Shown here piece after piece: positions 14,401 to 27,018 of a DNA stretch of 50,750 bases. The position numbers and the translations under genes are program-made. The notes below the pieces were generated by a model. It was not told where the DNA came from. It did no database searches and saw only the letters and a list, made by a program, of their open reading frames with translations. Positions within the stretch are counted from its first letter, which is position 1. The number at the start of each line of letters is the position of its first letter. The stretch covers positions 186,001 through 236,750 of the forward strand of contig JAMDHS010000027.1 of assembly GCA_029717555.1 (NCBI GenBank). The letters run 5' to 3'. The DNA is from Peribolospora baueri (taxonomy: Eukaryota).

Positions 14401-14724
14401 TGGTGGCGTGACAGAAAAAGATACGGACATTGTTCGGGGCGGCGCGCGACGCGAGGACGAGGACCGGATGGAAGGGAGTCTTAGTTTTTAAGTCAGTTTT
14501 CTCGTGGACGGTTGGTGGAGAGGATGGAAGAGATGGAGGATAGATGTAGTCGTAGAAGGTCTGCGCGCATTCGGTCCTGTTCTGTTGAATGGATGCGTAA
14601 ATTTAGATCGCTGAGCTCGGCGTAGCGCGGCGCTTACCACGCTGCGTGCCATCACAAAGCGGCACCGCACAAACGTTGTCGACCTTCCTTCCCACCTCCA
14701 TCCCCCCCGAAGATCGAAGCAGCC

Positions 14725-16564
14725 ATGTCGGAAGACGTCTCGGCCAAGTTGGGAAACTACATGCTCCAAGGTCAGTTGCGCCCTGCCGCAAATCTCTGGC
14801 AAACGTAGAGCACTTCCGCTTACTGTTCTCTTCACCGCCTTACGTCGCCCTCTTTGTGACCAGGATGGGTGCGAGTCTCGCTGCTCGGTCTTCCGAATGG
14901 ACGCAAGACAGATCTTCTGTGCTGACCGACCCATGTGACGATCGCTTCATTTCGTTCCTCCTGCTTTGGTTCTCTCATACTGCAGGTCCTCACCGACAGC
15001 ACCTGTCCCACTTGCCGAGTAGTGCCTATGATGCGCAACAAGGATCGCACGATCTGGTTTTGCGCTGGCTGTGATGGCGGTCCAGAGGCTTCCTCCACCT
15101 CTCGGCTCAGCGGAATCCCCGCTACTACTGCTGCGACCCCTGCTTCGTCGAGCGGAGCATCCGTCGCGGCAGGGCGATCCTCACTCTCGAACGGCTTGTT
15201 GACGACTCCAGCACCGACGACGACAAACGGCACTTCCGCTTCTGAAGCGTCCTCGACCTCGGCTACCACCTCCGTCACCTCTTCTTCCCCCACAGCATCT
15301 GCAGTGTCTCATGCGCCTTCCACCCCTCCGACTCCCAACTCTCCCCTCGCCGCCGTCCCAAACTCCCCCCGCCGGGCGGCAGATCTCGTTTCCGAGCTGA
15401 GCGAGGAGGAACGGGCACGAGTGGCGGCTAGGAGGGAGCAGTCGGACCGCGCCGCGGAGGAGATCGGTCGGAAGCTTCTCCAGGGCTGGGCACTCCTTGG
15501 GGAAGAGTGTCCCCGGGAGGGGTGCTACGGCGTGCCTCTCATGCGGAGGCCGCAGGCCAGGCGGACGCAACAGCAGGTGGATGCGGCGGATCAAGGGGGC
15601 TCGGGTGAGCAGCAACAAGGGGTGACGAAGGGAGGCGGAAGCGGACGGCAACGGTTGATGGATCCCCGAATGCACTGCGTCATTTGCGGGGGAGAGTACG
15701 TCACCGAGCGGGACGCCAGAGAGGCCGGCTGGGACCCTTCGACCATTCCGGCCGTCGGTTCAGGTGCCACCGCTTCTCGTCCGTCTTCGGCGACTGCCGG
15801 ACCTTCTGCGATGGCCGTCGACACGAGCCCAATCCCCGGCCCTAGCCCTTCCTTGACGACGGCGCCCTCTCCGCGTCCTGCCACCCGTCTTCCCTTCGGT
15901 ACGCAAGAGGTGACGCCGAACGAATGGAGCCAGCTCTCAAATGGCGTTGCCGGAATGAGACCGACACCTGGAGAGGGGCACGGGAGGAAACGCAGCTTCG
16001 ATGAGGGTCCGAGCGCCGCTGCTTCTTCGGATGTGCGTGGATTACCGGTCAAAGGACGCGAGGAGGATGAACCGATGGACATTGATCATGCGGCATTGGA
16101 TGTGAAACCTAGGGAAAAGGGCAAGAGGGTGCTACACCCGGAAAGGTCGCCGATGGAGGTAAGCAGCTTGACCTTCCCTACCTTCGCGCAGCGCCGACAC
16201 CCCTCCCCCCTCTTTGGAAACGAGGAAGCTGACTACCATTCTTTCCTCGAACCTCGCCGTTTCTCCTCCTTTACCCGTTGTCATTCTCGCATATTTTTGT
16301 CTTCATGCGCACACGACGACGGATATCTCTCTGAAGGGACTTGGCACCTCCGTGCCTGCGACGACAAAGTCCGAGGACGAAGTGCTTTCACGCACCGTAT
16401 CGTCCCTCCAATCCGCCCTCTTCTCACTCTCCACTCGGCTCGACGACCTCACGGTCGCTGGTACGCTCTCTCTCGATCCCAGGGCATTGGGAGAGACGGC
16501 GGAGGCCATGTCCAAGGCGCTCGACGCTCTGGCGAAAGCGAAGGAGGTCCGCTCCCGGCCTTGA
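14725..16564 (+). CDS. SSSCA1/ZNRD2-like (Auto_anti-p27) zinc-ribbon protein with two repeats
   Basis: Exons 14725-14770, 14864-14868, 14986-16158, 16338-16564 give MSEDVSAKLGNYMLQGWVLTDSTCPTC...FCAGC and a second copy EIGRKLLQGWALLGEECPREGC...HCVIC, plus a C-terminal helical segment. Confidence 0.82.
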
Positions 16565-16791
16565 CAAGCGTGATGTGGTGCGCTTGCTCGCCTTTGCATG
16601 GGGAACGTACGTAGACTCGTCCTTTGCTTTGTGCCGCTGAGGCTGCCTGATCGACTGCTTGTGGTGAATCCCTGCTGTACATTACTCGGGTATGGACGTC
16701 ACGCCGACGCTCAAGGGTATCTAATCGAGCACGATACATTCTCGCCCCTCATACTCATCCCCTCACGCCAACGAAGCAATCCTGGGACGAT

Positions 16792-19700
16792 TCAAGCGGT
16801 CACGCCCTTGAGCCAGTTCGCGTACAGCCGGGCTTTTGCCTCGCTCGAGCTCCGGTCAAATGTGTAGCTCGCCTGGATCGAAAACGCGTTCAAAGACAAC
16901 GAACGTAGGAGCGGTACGAGGGAACGGCCGGTCAGCGAGCCAGCGAGTTGAAGGAAGAGAAAGAGAAACACGTCCACTCACGTATCCCACCAACGCCGGG
17001 TCTGGTGCGGCCTCGATCTCGCTATCCGCTACGATCACCGAGTCCGGGTTAATCCACGCGACGGACGATTCGTAAAGGTCGACGTCCTTCTCCGAAATAG
17101 AGTGCTTCTGAGCGAACCCGGCGGCGTCGTCGAACTGACGGAGGTACCACGCGTACTCCTCCCCTTCCGCTTCGTCCACCGCTGGGTGCGTCAGGCGGTA
17201 GACGAGGCCTTCGAGCGTCGAGATGTCGGGAGGGGCCGGCGCGGGCGTGTCCACCGCACTTGGCTCTGGTAGTGACTTTGTCTTTTTTCGGGAGGCTGTC
17301 TTGTGGTTGAGGGACATCCACCGCCTGACGCCGCCGATGAGCCTGTTTCAAAGTGACAGGGCATGGGAACATGAGAATGAGAGAGGAAGAGGCTTTCAGA
17401 TCATTTCCAGCACCGTGACCCCGCTTACCTTGGCGCGGGCGGCTCAGGATTGATCACGACCCTCGGCTTGAAGGGGCTGAAATCCACGAAGCGTCCGTGT
17501 CTGTTTAGAAGACGGAAGGAACGCCGGTCAGAGAAAGCACCAGAAACACGGCGGCAACGCAACGCGCGCGACGCCACATGCGACCCGCTACGGACCTCAT
17601 CTGATGAACCGCGGTCATCTTGAAAGCGTGGTGCCGTTCCAGGTCGGTGAACAAGCTCGGTCGATAATACTCCGCCCAGTAATGGTCTTTCGATCGGGCC
17701 ACCTCCAACAGCCTCTTCATGCTCTTTTTCTCGTCGATCGCGGGGACGAGGTTGGAGGGAGTGTACCAGTACCGGTAGTCCCTCCGGCGGTCGAAGCGGA
17801 TCGCAATGTCGGGCGCGTTCAAGTCTACACCGAGGAAGAGGTTGATGGCGGCCTGTTTCTCGGCGTCTACCCACGCGTAAACGGGGCTCGGTTCAGCTCG
17901 TGACAGGATGAAAAAGGTGACGTGTGTGTGAGAGCGGACTCACCGATGAAAGAATTGGCATAGTATCGCTTCAATCCCTCGAGCATGTCCCGAGAATGGC
18001 TCGTCCACTGGTTGATCTTTCGGTACGTCTCCATGGTATTGACGAGGTGGCTACCTCCGTACTGCAGAGCGATGGTATCACCGAGGCTGGAGGGGGCCGA
18101 ACGACACACGACACACGACACACGACACACGACATAGCGTTCCCCGCCAATGTGAGACACGATAAAAGGCGAAAGAGAGAACCATCTAGACATGGAAAAA
18201 AAGCTCACTCGTGATACATTTCGGTCAGCATGTTGACGGCGTCCGAGTCGAAAGGCACGTGAGGGTGATGGATGATCCCCAGAGCGTGCAGCTGGTGTCC
18301 GAGCGCAGCTTTACCGATGACGAATTGTGCGGCGTTGGTGCGATCTGGGCATGGAGCGGGAGAAGTCAGACTCCCGGGCCCGATGGCGTCCATTTCAAGG
18401 AGCCGCGCTTACCAAGACAGTCAACGCAATTGACCCTGCATACTCCATTCTGCAGCAAAATGGAGTCTCGATACGGGAGGGCCCTGTCATGATTGAGGCG
18501 CGAAGCAAGCAGGTTATGCATGCTCAATGGTTTTAACCGAATGTGTCTTTCGCTGCCCGCTCGCTCGCGATGGGCCCAACTCACCTATCCGTCCTCAGTG
18601 AAAAGGCATACGGCTCTGGTCCGCTGTGAAAAAACTTTGTCGCCTCCACGGTCTCCTCAGCGATATCCTCTAGTACACCGATCACGTCCTGGTCATGGCT
18701 GCATTCGACACGTTGGGCCGAGAGAAATGCACGTCGGCGGCGAGTGTCAGAGGTCAGATGGATGGAAGCCAATAGAGACCGACGGCCACTCACCTCTTCG
18801 AAGCCCGGGACATGTCCCAAGCGATATACTTCATCTTTTTACCCTCCGGAAGAAACTGGTTCAAGTAAGCCACGCATTCTCCAAACGCTCCCAACAACTT
18901 GGATTCGCGCGGTTGCTTCTCTTTGCTCTGGAAACAGAACGGTATAGCGGGCGAAGACGGTGTGGCGCACCGGTTCGAGGTGAGAAGGAGCGGTCAGAAC
19001 GAAAAGGTCGTCAAGCAGTGGCGGTAGGGCGGTTTAAAAGCTACCGCTCACCTTGATCAAGTTCAGCACAATGATAGGCGTGCCATAGCGAGCAAAGAGG
19101 TCGTCAAAGTGCAAAGCGGCCGCAGAGAAATACGGATCGACGATGCTGACTGAGCATGGGAAAAAGAATCGAAAAGGTTCAATATCACGCCGGCAACTGA
19201 TCTCCCACATCGGCACTTTTTTGCACTCACTCTCGATGGGCGGACGGGGACTCATGTTCGTCGTATCCTGACTCCAATAGAGCGGGATACTGCCTCTGGA
19301 GGAGCGAACAAACGAAAGGAGCACGGGCATCGCTACGGTTGGGCAAAAGTCTCTTCTCTCATCCCTCCTCCTCGCCCTTATACGACGAGGGGTCGGTCCA
19401 GGAAGGAGGAAAAGGCGACTCACCGATACTGCACATAAGAAGTATACCTCGAGCTCGGCACCCGATTCGGTTCAATCTCATCCACCAGCTCGTCCTCCTC
19501 CTCATGGTCGACAAACGAGCCTTTCCTCTCCCGAAAGCGGTTGGGGTTCAACGTTGAATTGGACGCCGCCTCCTCCCGACGTCCGGGGGAGTAGAAAGGC
19601 GTCGTGAGCGCCTCGCTGACGATTTGCTCCGTCTCGACATCGTTTGCGACAAAGCCCTAAAACCGAACCAAAGGCGTTTTCATTAGCTTGGGATCTTCAT

Positions 19701-22461
19701 CTTCCCATGGAATGCGAAGAGACCCTCTTACCTGACCGTTGACGCCTCGCTTCAGGTATCGCGCTCCGGCAAAGTGCCTCGACCGACGAGCGATGAGCGT
19801 GACGTAGATGGTACGATTGAAGACAGAAAGCTCTGAAACGGGAGCGAACGTACGTTCCGAATTGGGCTCAATTCAATCTGGCCGTTGGCTGTTCCTGAAA
19901 GACGGCCAACGAAGGAACAGTCGTGACTTACTCGCTTGGTCGACGAACCCGTGCACGAGCGGGAGGACCCACTCGCTAGCACCGCGTCCCTTCTTCTCGG
20001 TACGCCAAAAAGCTTGTCGAAGGAGGTGATGATTCCAGATAAACTTTTCGTTAAAGCCCCACGCGGTCGTCGGTGACACCGTCGTCCCCCTCGCCGCCGG
20101 GGATGATGAGAAAGAGGAAGAAGAAGAGGCGGGGGAGCCTATGGGCGTATCGGTCATGTTGCGCTGGAGCGTCGAGGTGAGGTCGTAGGTATAACTGAAG
20201 TAGAAGTTTTTAGAGAGGTCGACCTGCCGAAAGGTGTGAAGGAGTCTGAAGAGCGGAAATTGGAGGCGGTGAGCAAAGGGACGGGGACATCATCGGACCC
20301 GCACATGCTCGTCTCGAGGGAAAAGGAGGACGCACCTCGCCTCCTCTGCGCTCTTGTCCTTGCTTCCCCCACTGCTAACGTTCAACAACTGCGTCTCATC
20401 GCAATGATAAATGTAATGACCGCCAATCAGAGCCACGACGGATCTTTTGGAGATGAGGACCATGTAGTATCCGGCGGTGAAGCGTATGAAGCCTGAAAAC
20501 CCGGTGGCACAAAGGTTCCTCCACGTCAGCGTGATCGCGACCAGGACGGCAAGCGGGTGGACGAGGAGAGGAAGGCGCACGATTTACCCACCGACGATGC
20601 CGAAGAAGCGACCGACCTCTTTGCAACCGCCGCTGGCCTTGTTGCCGTCATCGATCATCTTCAACAGCTGTTCGACCTGCGTGCGAGAATAGACGACATC
20701 GTCCTCGATGACGTTGAGCGCGTAAGGGTCCTCGGGCTCCATCGCGTCGCGCTGCTCAGGCGCCGGTCGAGTGGGGCTCGTCTGCGTCGTCCTTGTCCGC
20801 GACTGCGAGGAGGACGAGGTAGACAAGGGTGTGCCTCTGCGCGCAGACCTCGCTTTCCGGGTCGTGAGCGGAGAGATGGAGCGTTGGACCCTGGAGTGTG
20901 CCGCGTTGGAGGGCGGCTCGTCGGCGACAGAGTTGGAACGCGCCGCCCCCGTGGTCGACGAGGAAGAGGAGTAAAGGGACGCAAAAGATTCGCTCGGCCC
21001 CTGATGAACGCCGCCGGCGTCCCGATCTGCGCCTGCTCCTCCCCCATCCTTGTCCATGTCCCCGTCCCTGGCCCGACCATATTCGCGGTGAGGGGAAGTG
21101 TCACGCGGTGTGGGCGCCAGCGAGTTACTGGACGATGCGGTGGTCGAAGGTGGAGGGGCGCCGGATGCCGCGGCGGTGGAGCCCGTCCGTGGAGGAGGCG
21201 AGCGGTCAATCTTCAAGATCCGAAAACGGGTCTGTGAAGTGTTGAAGGCGACGAGGTAGAAGCGCTGGGGGAGCGGAAGACGTCGCGTCGGCGATCAGCC
21301 TGGCCGTCAGCGGTTGTAAACGCGGGCCTATGTGACCGTCGGACCACTCACCGTCTTGGTCTCGTACAACGTAAACCTCTTGAGTTCCATCATCGTCTTC
21401 CGCCTCCCTCCCCCGCGTGCTCTCGACTCGGGCATGTCAGGAAGTACGGCGGGCTGGCGTCGCTGTTGGTCCGCTCGCCTGTGTCTCCTCCCGGGACTCC
21501 GGCTCGGGCTCTTGGTGGGGCTGACGTCGGTTCCGGTGCCGGGGTCGCTGACGTCGTCCGGTCCTCTGGCTGCGGGGAAATAGGTCGGGTGGGTGGTACT
21601 AAAGTTCTTCTCGGCGGCCGGACTGGAAGCGGCGGAGGTGAGCCATGCGGGGAGCAAGCTGGACGCCGACTGGACGGAGCTGGCGACGGAGGAGAGGGAG
21701 AAAGAGCGGGAAGAGGGCGTGTGAGAGGAGCGGCGAGAGGAGCGGGTGGGCGAGCCGCTGAGCGAGGAGAGTTCTTGCGACTCGCTCGGCCTGGTCGCTG
21801 TCGTCATGACAGGCTTTGGGGTGGAGATGGGCGTGGACTCTGCCGCTGGGCCGGGAGGAGGGGGAGTGCCGGCGCGAGACTGGCGTCCGTGGGACATGGG
21901 TGGTGGCGGAGGAAAAGAGTCGAGCGGCTGAGGGCGGGCGATGGAGGCGGTTTGTAGCCTCTGTGCGAGGGCCGAGCTGGAGACGGACCTTGAGGAAGAG
22001 TTGAGGATGACAAAGTCGTGCGACCTGTCGCTGGCGTCGATCAGCCCGCTCTGCTCCTTGAGCTCCTCCACCGCCCTCCGGCTTCTTTCCTCCGCCTTTC
22101 TCTCCATTTCCATTTCCCTTTCCCTTTCTCTTTCCTTCTCCCTTTCTCTCTCCTCCTCGCTCTCACTGCTCCTTGCCCGGTCGGGGACATGGCCCTGCCC
22201 CTGGCCCTGCCCCTGACCTTTCTGGCGCTCGCCCTCCCAGAGACTCTGTGCAAGCACGCCGGCCTTCACAGGCGACGCGGCCAAAGACGGCGGAAGAGAA
22301 GAAGGTGGCGGGTCGTGGTCGTGCTTGCCGGTGCGTTCAAGCTCGCGTGCCTTTGCCCTCGGTGTCGCATTTGGGCTCGTCGTCTTCTTGGCCTTGGGCG
22401 CTCGCACGGGCGAGGCGGCGGCGATGCGGGCGCGGCCGCCGGCGGACGCGGACCCGTCCAT
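16792..22461 (-). CDS. FIG4: SAC-domain phosphoinositide phosphatase Fig4 (PI(3,5)P2 5-phosphatase)
   Basis: [83 protein letters not shown], catalytic [15 protein letters not shown] (CX5RT split by an intron), [12 protein letters not shown]; last exon ASYTFDRS...GVTA*. Confidence 0.93.
18101..18133. repeat. Heptamer tandem repeat (ACACACG)n in a FIG4 intron
   Basis: acgacacacgacacacgacacacgacacacgac, about 4.5 copies, read directly. Confidence 0.85.
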
Positions 22462-22902
22462 GATGGGTGAGTTGAGAATCGAGTTAGAGAAGCAAGAAAG
22501 AAGATCGAAGCGAGGACAGGACGCGTGGCGATCCGAGTCGCCCGCTTTCGTCGACCGTGTCCCTCGTCAGCCAACTTCGGCAAAGCCAGCCCAAGCTCAC
22601 CCAGACAAGACGGGTCTGATCATCAAGCAACCGCCACCCACGTGCTCAGCAGTGACTGCGGCACGCGCTCGAGCCAGCCGGGGTCGAGCTGCCAGCCGCC
22701 GACTCGAGCGAGTGCCGGTCAATCGTCCGTCCTCATCGCAGCGCAACGTACAGCGGGCCATATCAATACCACAGCGACGTCGACGTGTCAAGTGGGTGTT
22801 CGTATTCCCTTGTCCGTCTAAACGTAGTGTCCCGGCGCAAACGTGGATGATATGCCATACAACTACAATGTGTCCCGTTACCGGGCTCCTCCTGTACACT
22901 CG

Positions 22903-25591
22903 CTACTCCACCGCCACCCGGCCGTGTCCGTTCGCCTCGACGTTGTTGGCGGCTGCAACAGTAGTCCACTGCCATTCATCCTCCCAATTGACACCGTCCA
23001 CGGATGCCGCGCAACGCCGCTCGGCGATGGCTCGATTCGGGCGCCAAAGACGGACGGTGAGGTCGTCTGACGTTGTCGCCAGCTGATGGACGCAAAGCGG
23101 AAAGGAAAAGAGAGAGAGACGACGATCAGTCACAGTGACTCAGGACGGGCGCATCGTCTGTCTGATCCTCGGTAGGCAGGCGACACTCACCACATCTCTG
23201 CCCCACGCCAGCGAGCCCACTTCCGCGCCATGTCCCTTGAGCCACGCCCTACTCCCCGCCGGAGTGTGCCCGGCGGCCAGAGTGCCGTCGAAACCGGCGT
23301 CCCAAAGGGCGACGCCGCCTCCACTGCTACCACACGCGAGGAAGCGCTCGCAGGGGGAGAGGGCAAGGCGGACGTAGAAGGACCGGACGCTGAGGTCCGG
23401 GTGCGTCAGCGAGCTGCCTCTTCCTTGACTGAACGGCGGTTGGAAGGGCGTCGGCGGGTGCGGCGACGAGAGGGCTAGTGGGTTCAGTGGATATATGCTG
23501 ATCATCAGAGCCGTCGGTCCACGGACAAAGTGGAGGAACATGAGAGTGAGCCGCGATGCTCTCCATGCAGGGACCTCGGAGAAGGAAGGTCGAATCGCCA
23601 GGCTGCTCACCATCCGTCCGTGCTTAGCGCCCACGCCTTTTCCCCTCTCTCCGTTACACACAGGCTACTAATCCCATGCGGTCTCCTGTTCTTGCCCGTA
23701 GCACCTCCGGCAATCGTCGGATCCAGTCCCACCTCCACCGCCGGCCGATGGCTCGGGTCATCCGTCTTCCTCGGTCTTGGTCTCGACTTGCCGCTCCGAG
23801 CACTCGGCTCGAGGAACCTGAGATCCCAAAGCTTCACACACCCATCACCGCTGCCAGCGCTGATCAGTTGACAAGGCGCCCCGCCGAGATACGAGATCGA
23901 CGTCACGCTCCGCGTCGCACTCCTGCCTTTACTCGCCCGCGCGCGTCCGCGAGGGTTACCGACGCGCGGGGTCGAGTGGGCGGAGGAGAGGGCGACGACG
24001 GGCTGGAGGTGGGTAGTAGGCGACGCGCAAGGGAGACGCATGTCGAATACGAGGATCGAGCCGTCACGGGAGGCGGTCGCGAAAAGATCTGTGGGCACCA
24101 GAGGCGCGACGAAGTGGAGTGGAGATGAGTGAGGATCACTTCGACCTGACCTTCAACAAACATCGCCCCACGACTTTTGTCCGGTCACTGACCGTGATGA
24201 TTGGGGTCCCAAGCGACCTGCTTCACACTCGCTGTGTGTCCGACGGCAGTGGACAGACAATGGGTGCTCGACACGTCCCACACCTTGACGGTCTGGTCTC
24301 CGGACGCCGTGGCGATCCGGCGGTCGTCTGATGACCAGCTGACGTCGAAAATGGCGTTCTGGTGGGCCGACAGTGTCGGACGGCCATGCTCTGCCCCAAA
24401 CATAAGCGCCGGACAATGTCAGAGAAAATCCTTTGATGGCTAACGCATGTAGACCGTCTATCTCACCCCTGTCCCAATCGCTGCTCTGATCCGCGTTCAA
24501 TAAGCTGATCATGCCTTCTTCGTCAGCGACGGCGAGAATCTGACGTCCGCCGTTCCGTGCGGCTAAGTCGGAAATGACGCGAGGCGTGAGTCTAGCGATC
24601 TTTCGCGAGATCGAATAGACAGTAGAGTATATCACTCACAATTGGTGAAAGAGCACGCGAACGGGGGCACCCAGTCCCTTCCCGTACTCTGGCTCGGACA
24701 CTTGAAAACATCCTTCTGCGAGTTGGACGCAAACGTGCGAAGAAAGGGCAGAGTGGAGACGCGCGAGGGCCCGACGCCGCGCTCTCCCCGTTGGCGGCGA
24801 AGGAGCATCTCTGAAACGCTGAGGGGCCGGAAGGCGGTGGGACCGTACGACGAGGCACGAGTCGTCGGTCTTAGTAGCGCGGAGGGTGAGCAGAGAGGGA
24901 GGGTTTGATGTGTGGCCGAAGCCGCGGGGTGACACCGAGGTGGTCTGCTTATGGGCGTCGGCGAGCCCTCTCGGACGTCCGACATCTCCACATCGCTCTC
25001 CTCCTCCTCCTCTTCCTCCGCTGGAGCCAGTCGAGCGCGTTTCCTAGACCGCCTAGCAGCCGGACCGAAATCGTCATCACTGTCCTCTTCACCGGGAACA
25101 AAATATTGTTTGAGAGGGCTCGTTGGCGGGCCAGCGGCTGTACTTCCAGGAGAGGAGGAGAGAGGTGGGATGTTCTCCCTGTCTTCAGGGTCCACCGGCT
25201 CGCCGCAACGTCGACTTTGTAGAATCGAGGAAGACACAGAACCAGTCTTGATCGAATGGCGGTGAAGTTGCTGGAAAATGCCATAATACTTCGGCTCTGT
25301 GCCCTGCCCTGTTGCTTGGATCGTATCGCTGGGTTGGGGTGTCCCTTGATAGCGGGTCTTTGTCGGAAAGCCAGTCAAGGCAGCTGGCTCCCTGGCGATT
25401 CGTCGAGGCGCATGTGGATGCCCAGTCTCAAGAGGCTCAATCGCGCCCGGTGCAGGAAGGGCTTGATGGCGGATGGACGAGCGAGGATGCACACCAGTGT
25501 TGCTCATCGAGGCGGTGATGTCAGACAGCGGCTCGCGGCCGCCGGGTGCGGGTGATGACGGGGAAAACGCTGGTTTCCGTGGAGCGGCCAT
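22903..25591 (-). CDS. CDT2: Cdt2/DTL WD40 substrate receptor of the CRL4 ubiquitin ligase
   Basis: VPPFACSF...ILAVADEEGMISLLN...AHQNAIFDVSWSSDDRRIATASGDQTVKVWDV...GHTASVKQVAW...FATASRDGSILVFDMR...SFYVRLALSPC...LKGHGAEV...LATTSDDLTVRLWRP. ATG 25591. Confidence 0.9.
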
Positions 25592-25659
25592 GGACTCGGT
25601 CGGAGTAGGCTTGAGAGGTGGGTTCTCGAGGACACGTATGGGCCTTCCGGAAGAATGGA

Positions 25660-25858
25660 GACGCGTCAATTTTTGAAGAGTGAAAGGCGAGAAAGTGCCA
25701 GGAAGATGCGTTTGCGTTTGTGTGGGGCAGGTATCGATGGACGAATGCTACAGGGAAGGTGGAGGTAGGAGCGGGGGAAAATGTGTTGGATGGTGGAAGA
25801 CGTGCATCGCGAATGGAGGCCCGACGCGGTTCGTCTAAATTGACGCGTCGCGACGCGT
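25660..25858. promoter_or_regulatory. MCB (ACGCGT) cell-cycle box cluster upstream of CDT2
   Basis: ACGCGT at 25661-25666, 25843-25848 and 25853-25858. The last two form the 16-bp palindrome ACGCGTCGCGACGCGT. cdt2 is an established MBF target in fission yeast. Confidence 0.65.
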
Positions 25859-26130
25859 TCGCCGCGCGCAACTCCGCCAAGCCCCGCCGCGCGCTCTTCC
25901 CTCTGCGCGGCGTGTTGAAGGCTTATCGGTTGTGCCACGGCTCGTGTACATGTAGCAGCCGGGTCTCTGGCATTGATAGAAAGTACGACATTGTGGGCAT
26001 AGATATGATAGCTCAGTCAGCTCATATAGTTTTTGGTAACCTTTAGCTCTCACACTGGTAGAAAGAGGTGGTCTCTCGTTGCCAGAGTCGCTTGCGAGGT
26101 CGCCGCACCCGGCCCTGCCGCGCATTCGAC

Positions 26131-26533
26131 ATGTCCACGACCCGGCCCCCCCTTCGCCCTTCCTCTTTGACGTTTAGCTCTTTTCGCGGTAGTCCTCGAC
26201 TTGTGTCCTTCCTTGACTGGCTCCTCTGTCTGGACGCCAAGTGAGGCGTAGGTGAACGGCAACGTTCCTCCAAGACTCCTCTTCGCATTGTCGCAGCTGT
26301 TCGCAATGATAACGCTCTCTGCCGCTGATTCGTCGACGATTCCTCCCTTCTTTCCTTGGGCCGCCCCTGTACAGGCTCCACCACCATTACACAGTCGACC
26401 TCCTTGCTAGCTCCCCCCACTCGTCTACCGCGTCTACATTGCTTGGGCCTACTGGTTTCACCCCATCAAACCGCCCACAAGCAATAAGACACGACGACCG
26501 GATAAGAGCGACTCGTCGGCCAATCCTGTCTAG
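26131..26533 (+). pseudogene. Candidate small spliced gene resembling the serine palmitoyltransferase small subunit (ssSPT/DUF3317), apparently missing its central segment
   Basis: Exon 26131-26240 (MSTTRPP...FLDWLLCLDA), GTGAGG intron with GCTGAT branch and CAG acceptor at 26374, exon LHHHYTVDLL, then a frame break at CTAG (26407-26410) and LPPLVYRVYIAWAYWFHP...* (26411-26533). Similarity is by hydrophobic pattern only. Confidence 0.35.
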
Positions 26534-27018
26534 CAGCGCGTCGCTATCGACGAAGCCGGACAGTTCGACGTCGCCAAACTGTACACCTTCTCCAGCATTC
26601 CACACATACAGTCTGTCCATCCGTCCATTCGTGTGCCTGTATACCCGTCATCGTCGTCATAACGATCCCATTCGCGTCATTTTTTTGTCTCTTTTGTTTC
26701 CGGGTCACACCGGCTGAAGTGCTTTCCCCTAGGAAAATGGAAGAGGGTAGGAAGGTAAGATGTAGAGGTGGGAGGCGGGGCGTTGATACAAACAAAATAA
26801 GTAAGAGAGAGCCCCTCGGGTGGAGCGCTACAGAGGAAGCTACTAGAAAGACGGACAACGCGAGAAGAGTAGGAAAGAGAGTGAGAGGTGGTCAAGGGGG
26901 CACTGGAGTGAACGAGGTCCGGAAGCGGGCGGAACGGAAAAGTGGCGGGAGGGACGGGATAATAGACGGGGAGAGGGGTACGGACACGAACATATCAGCG
27001 ACGGGAGGAGTCCACTCG

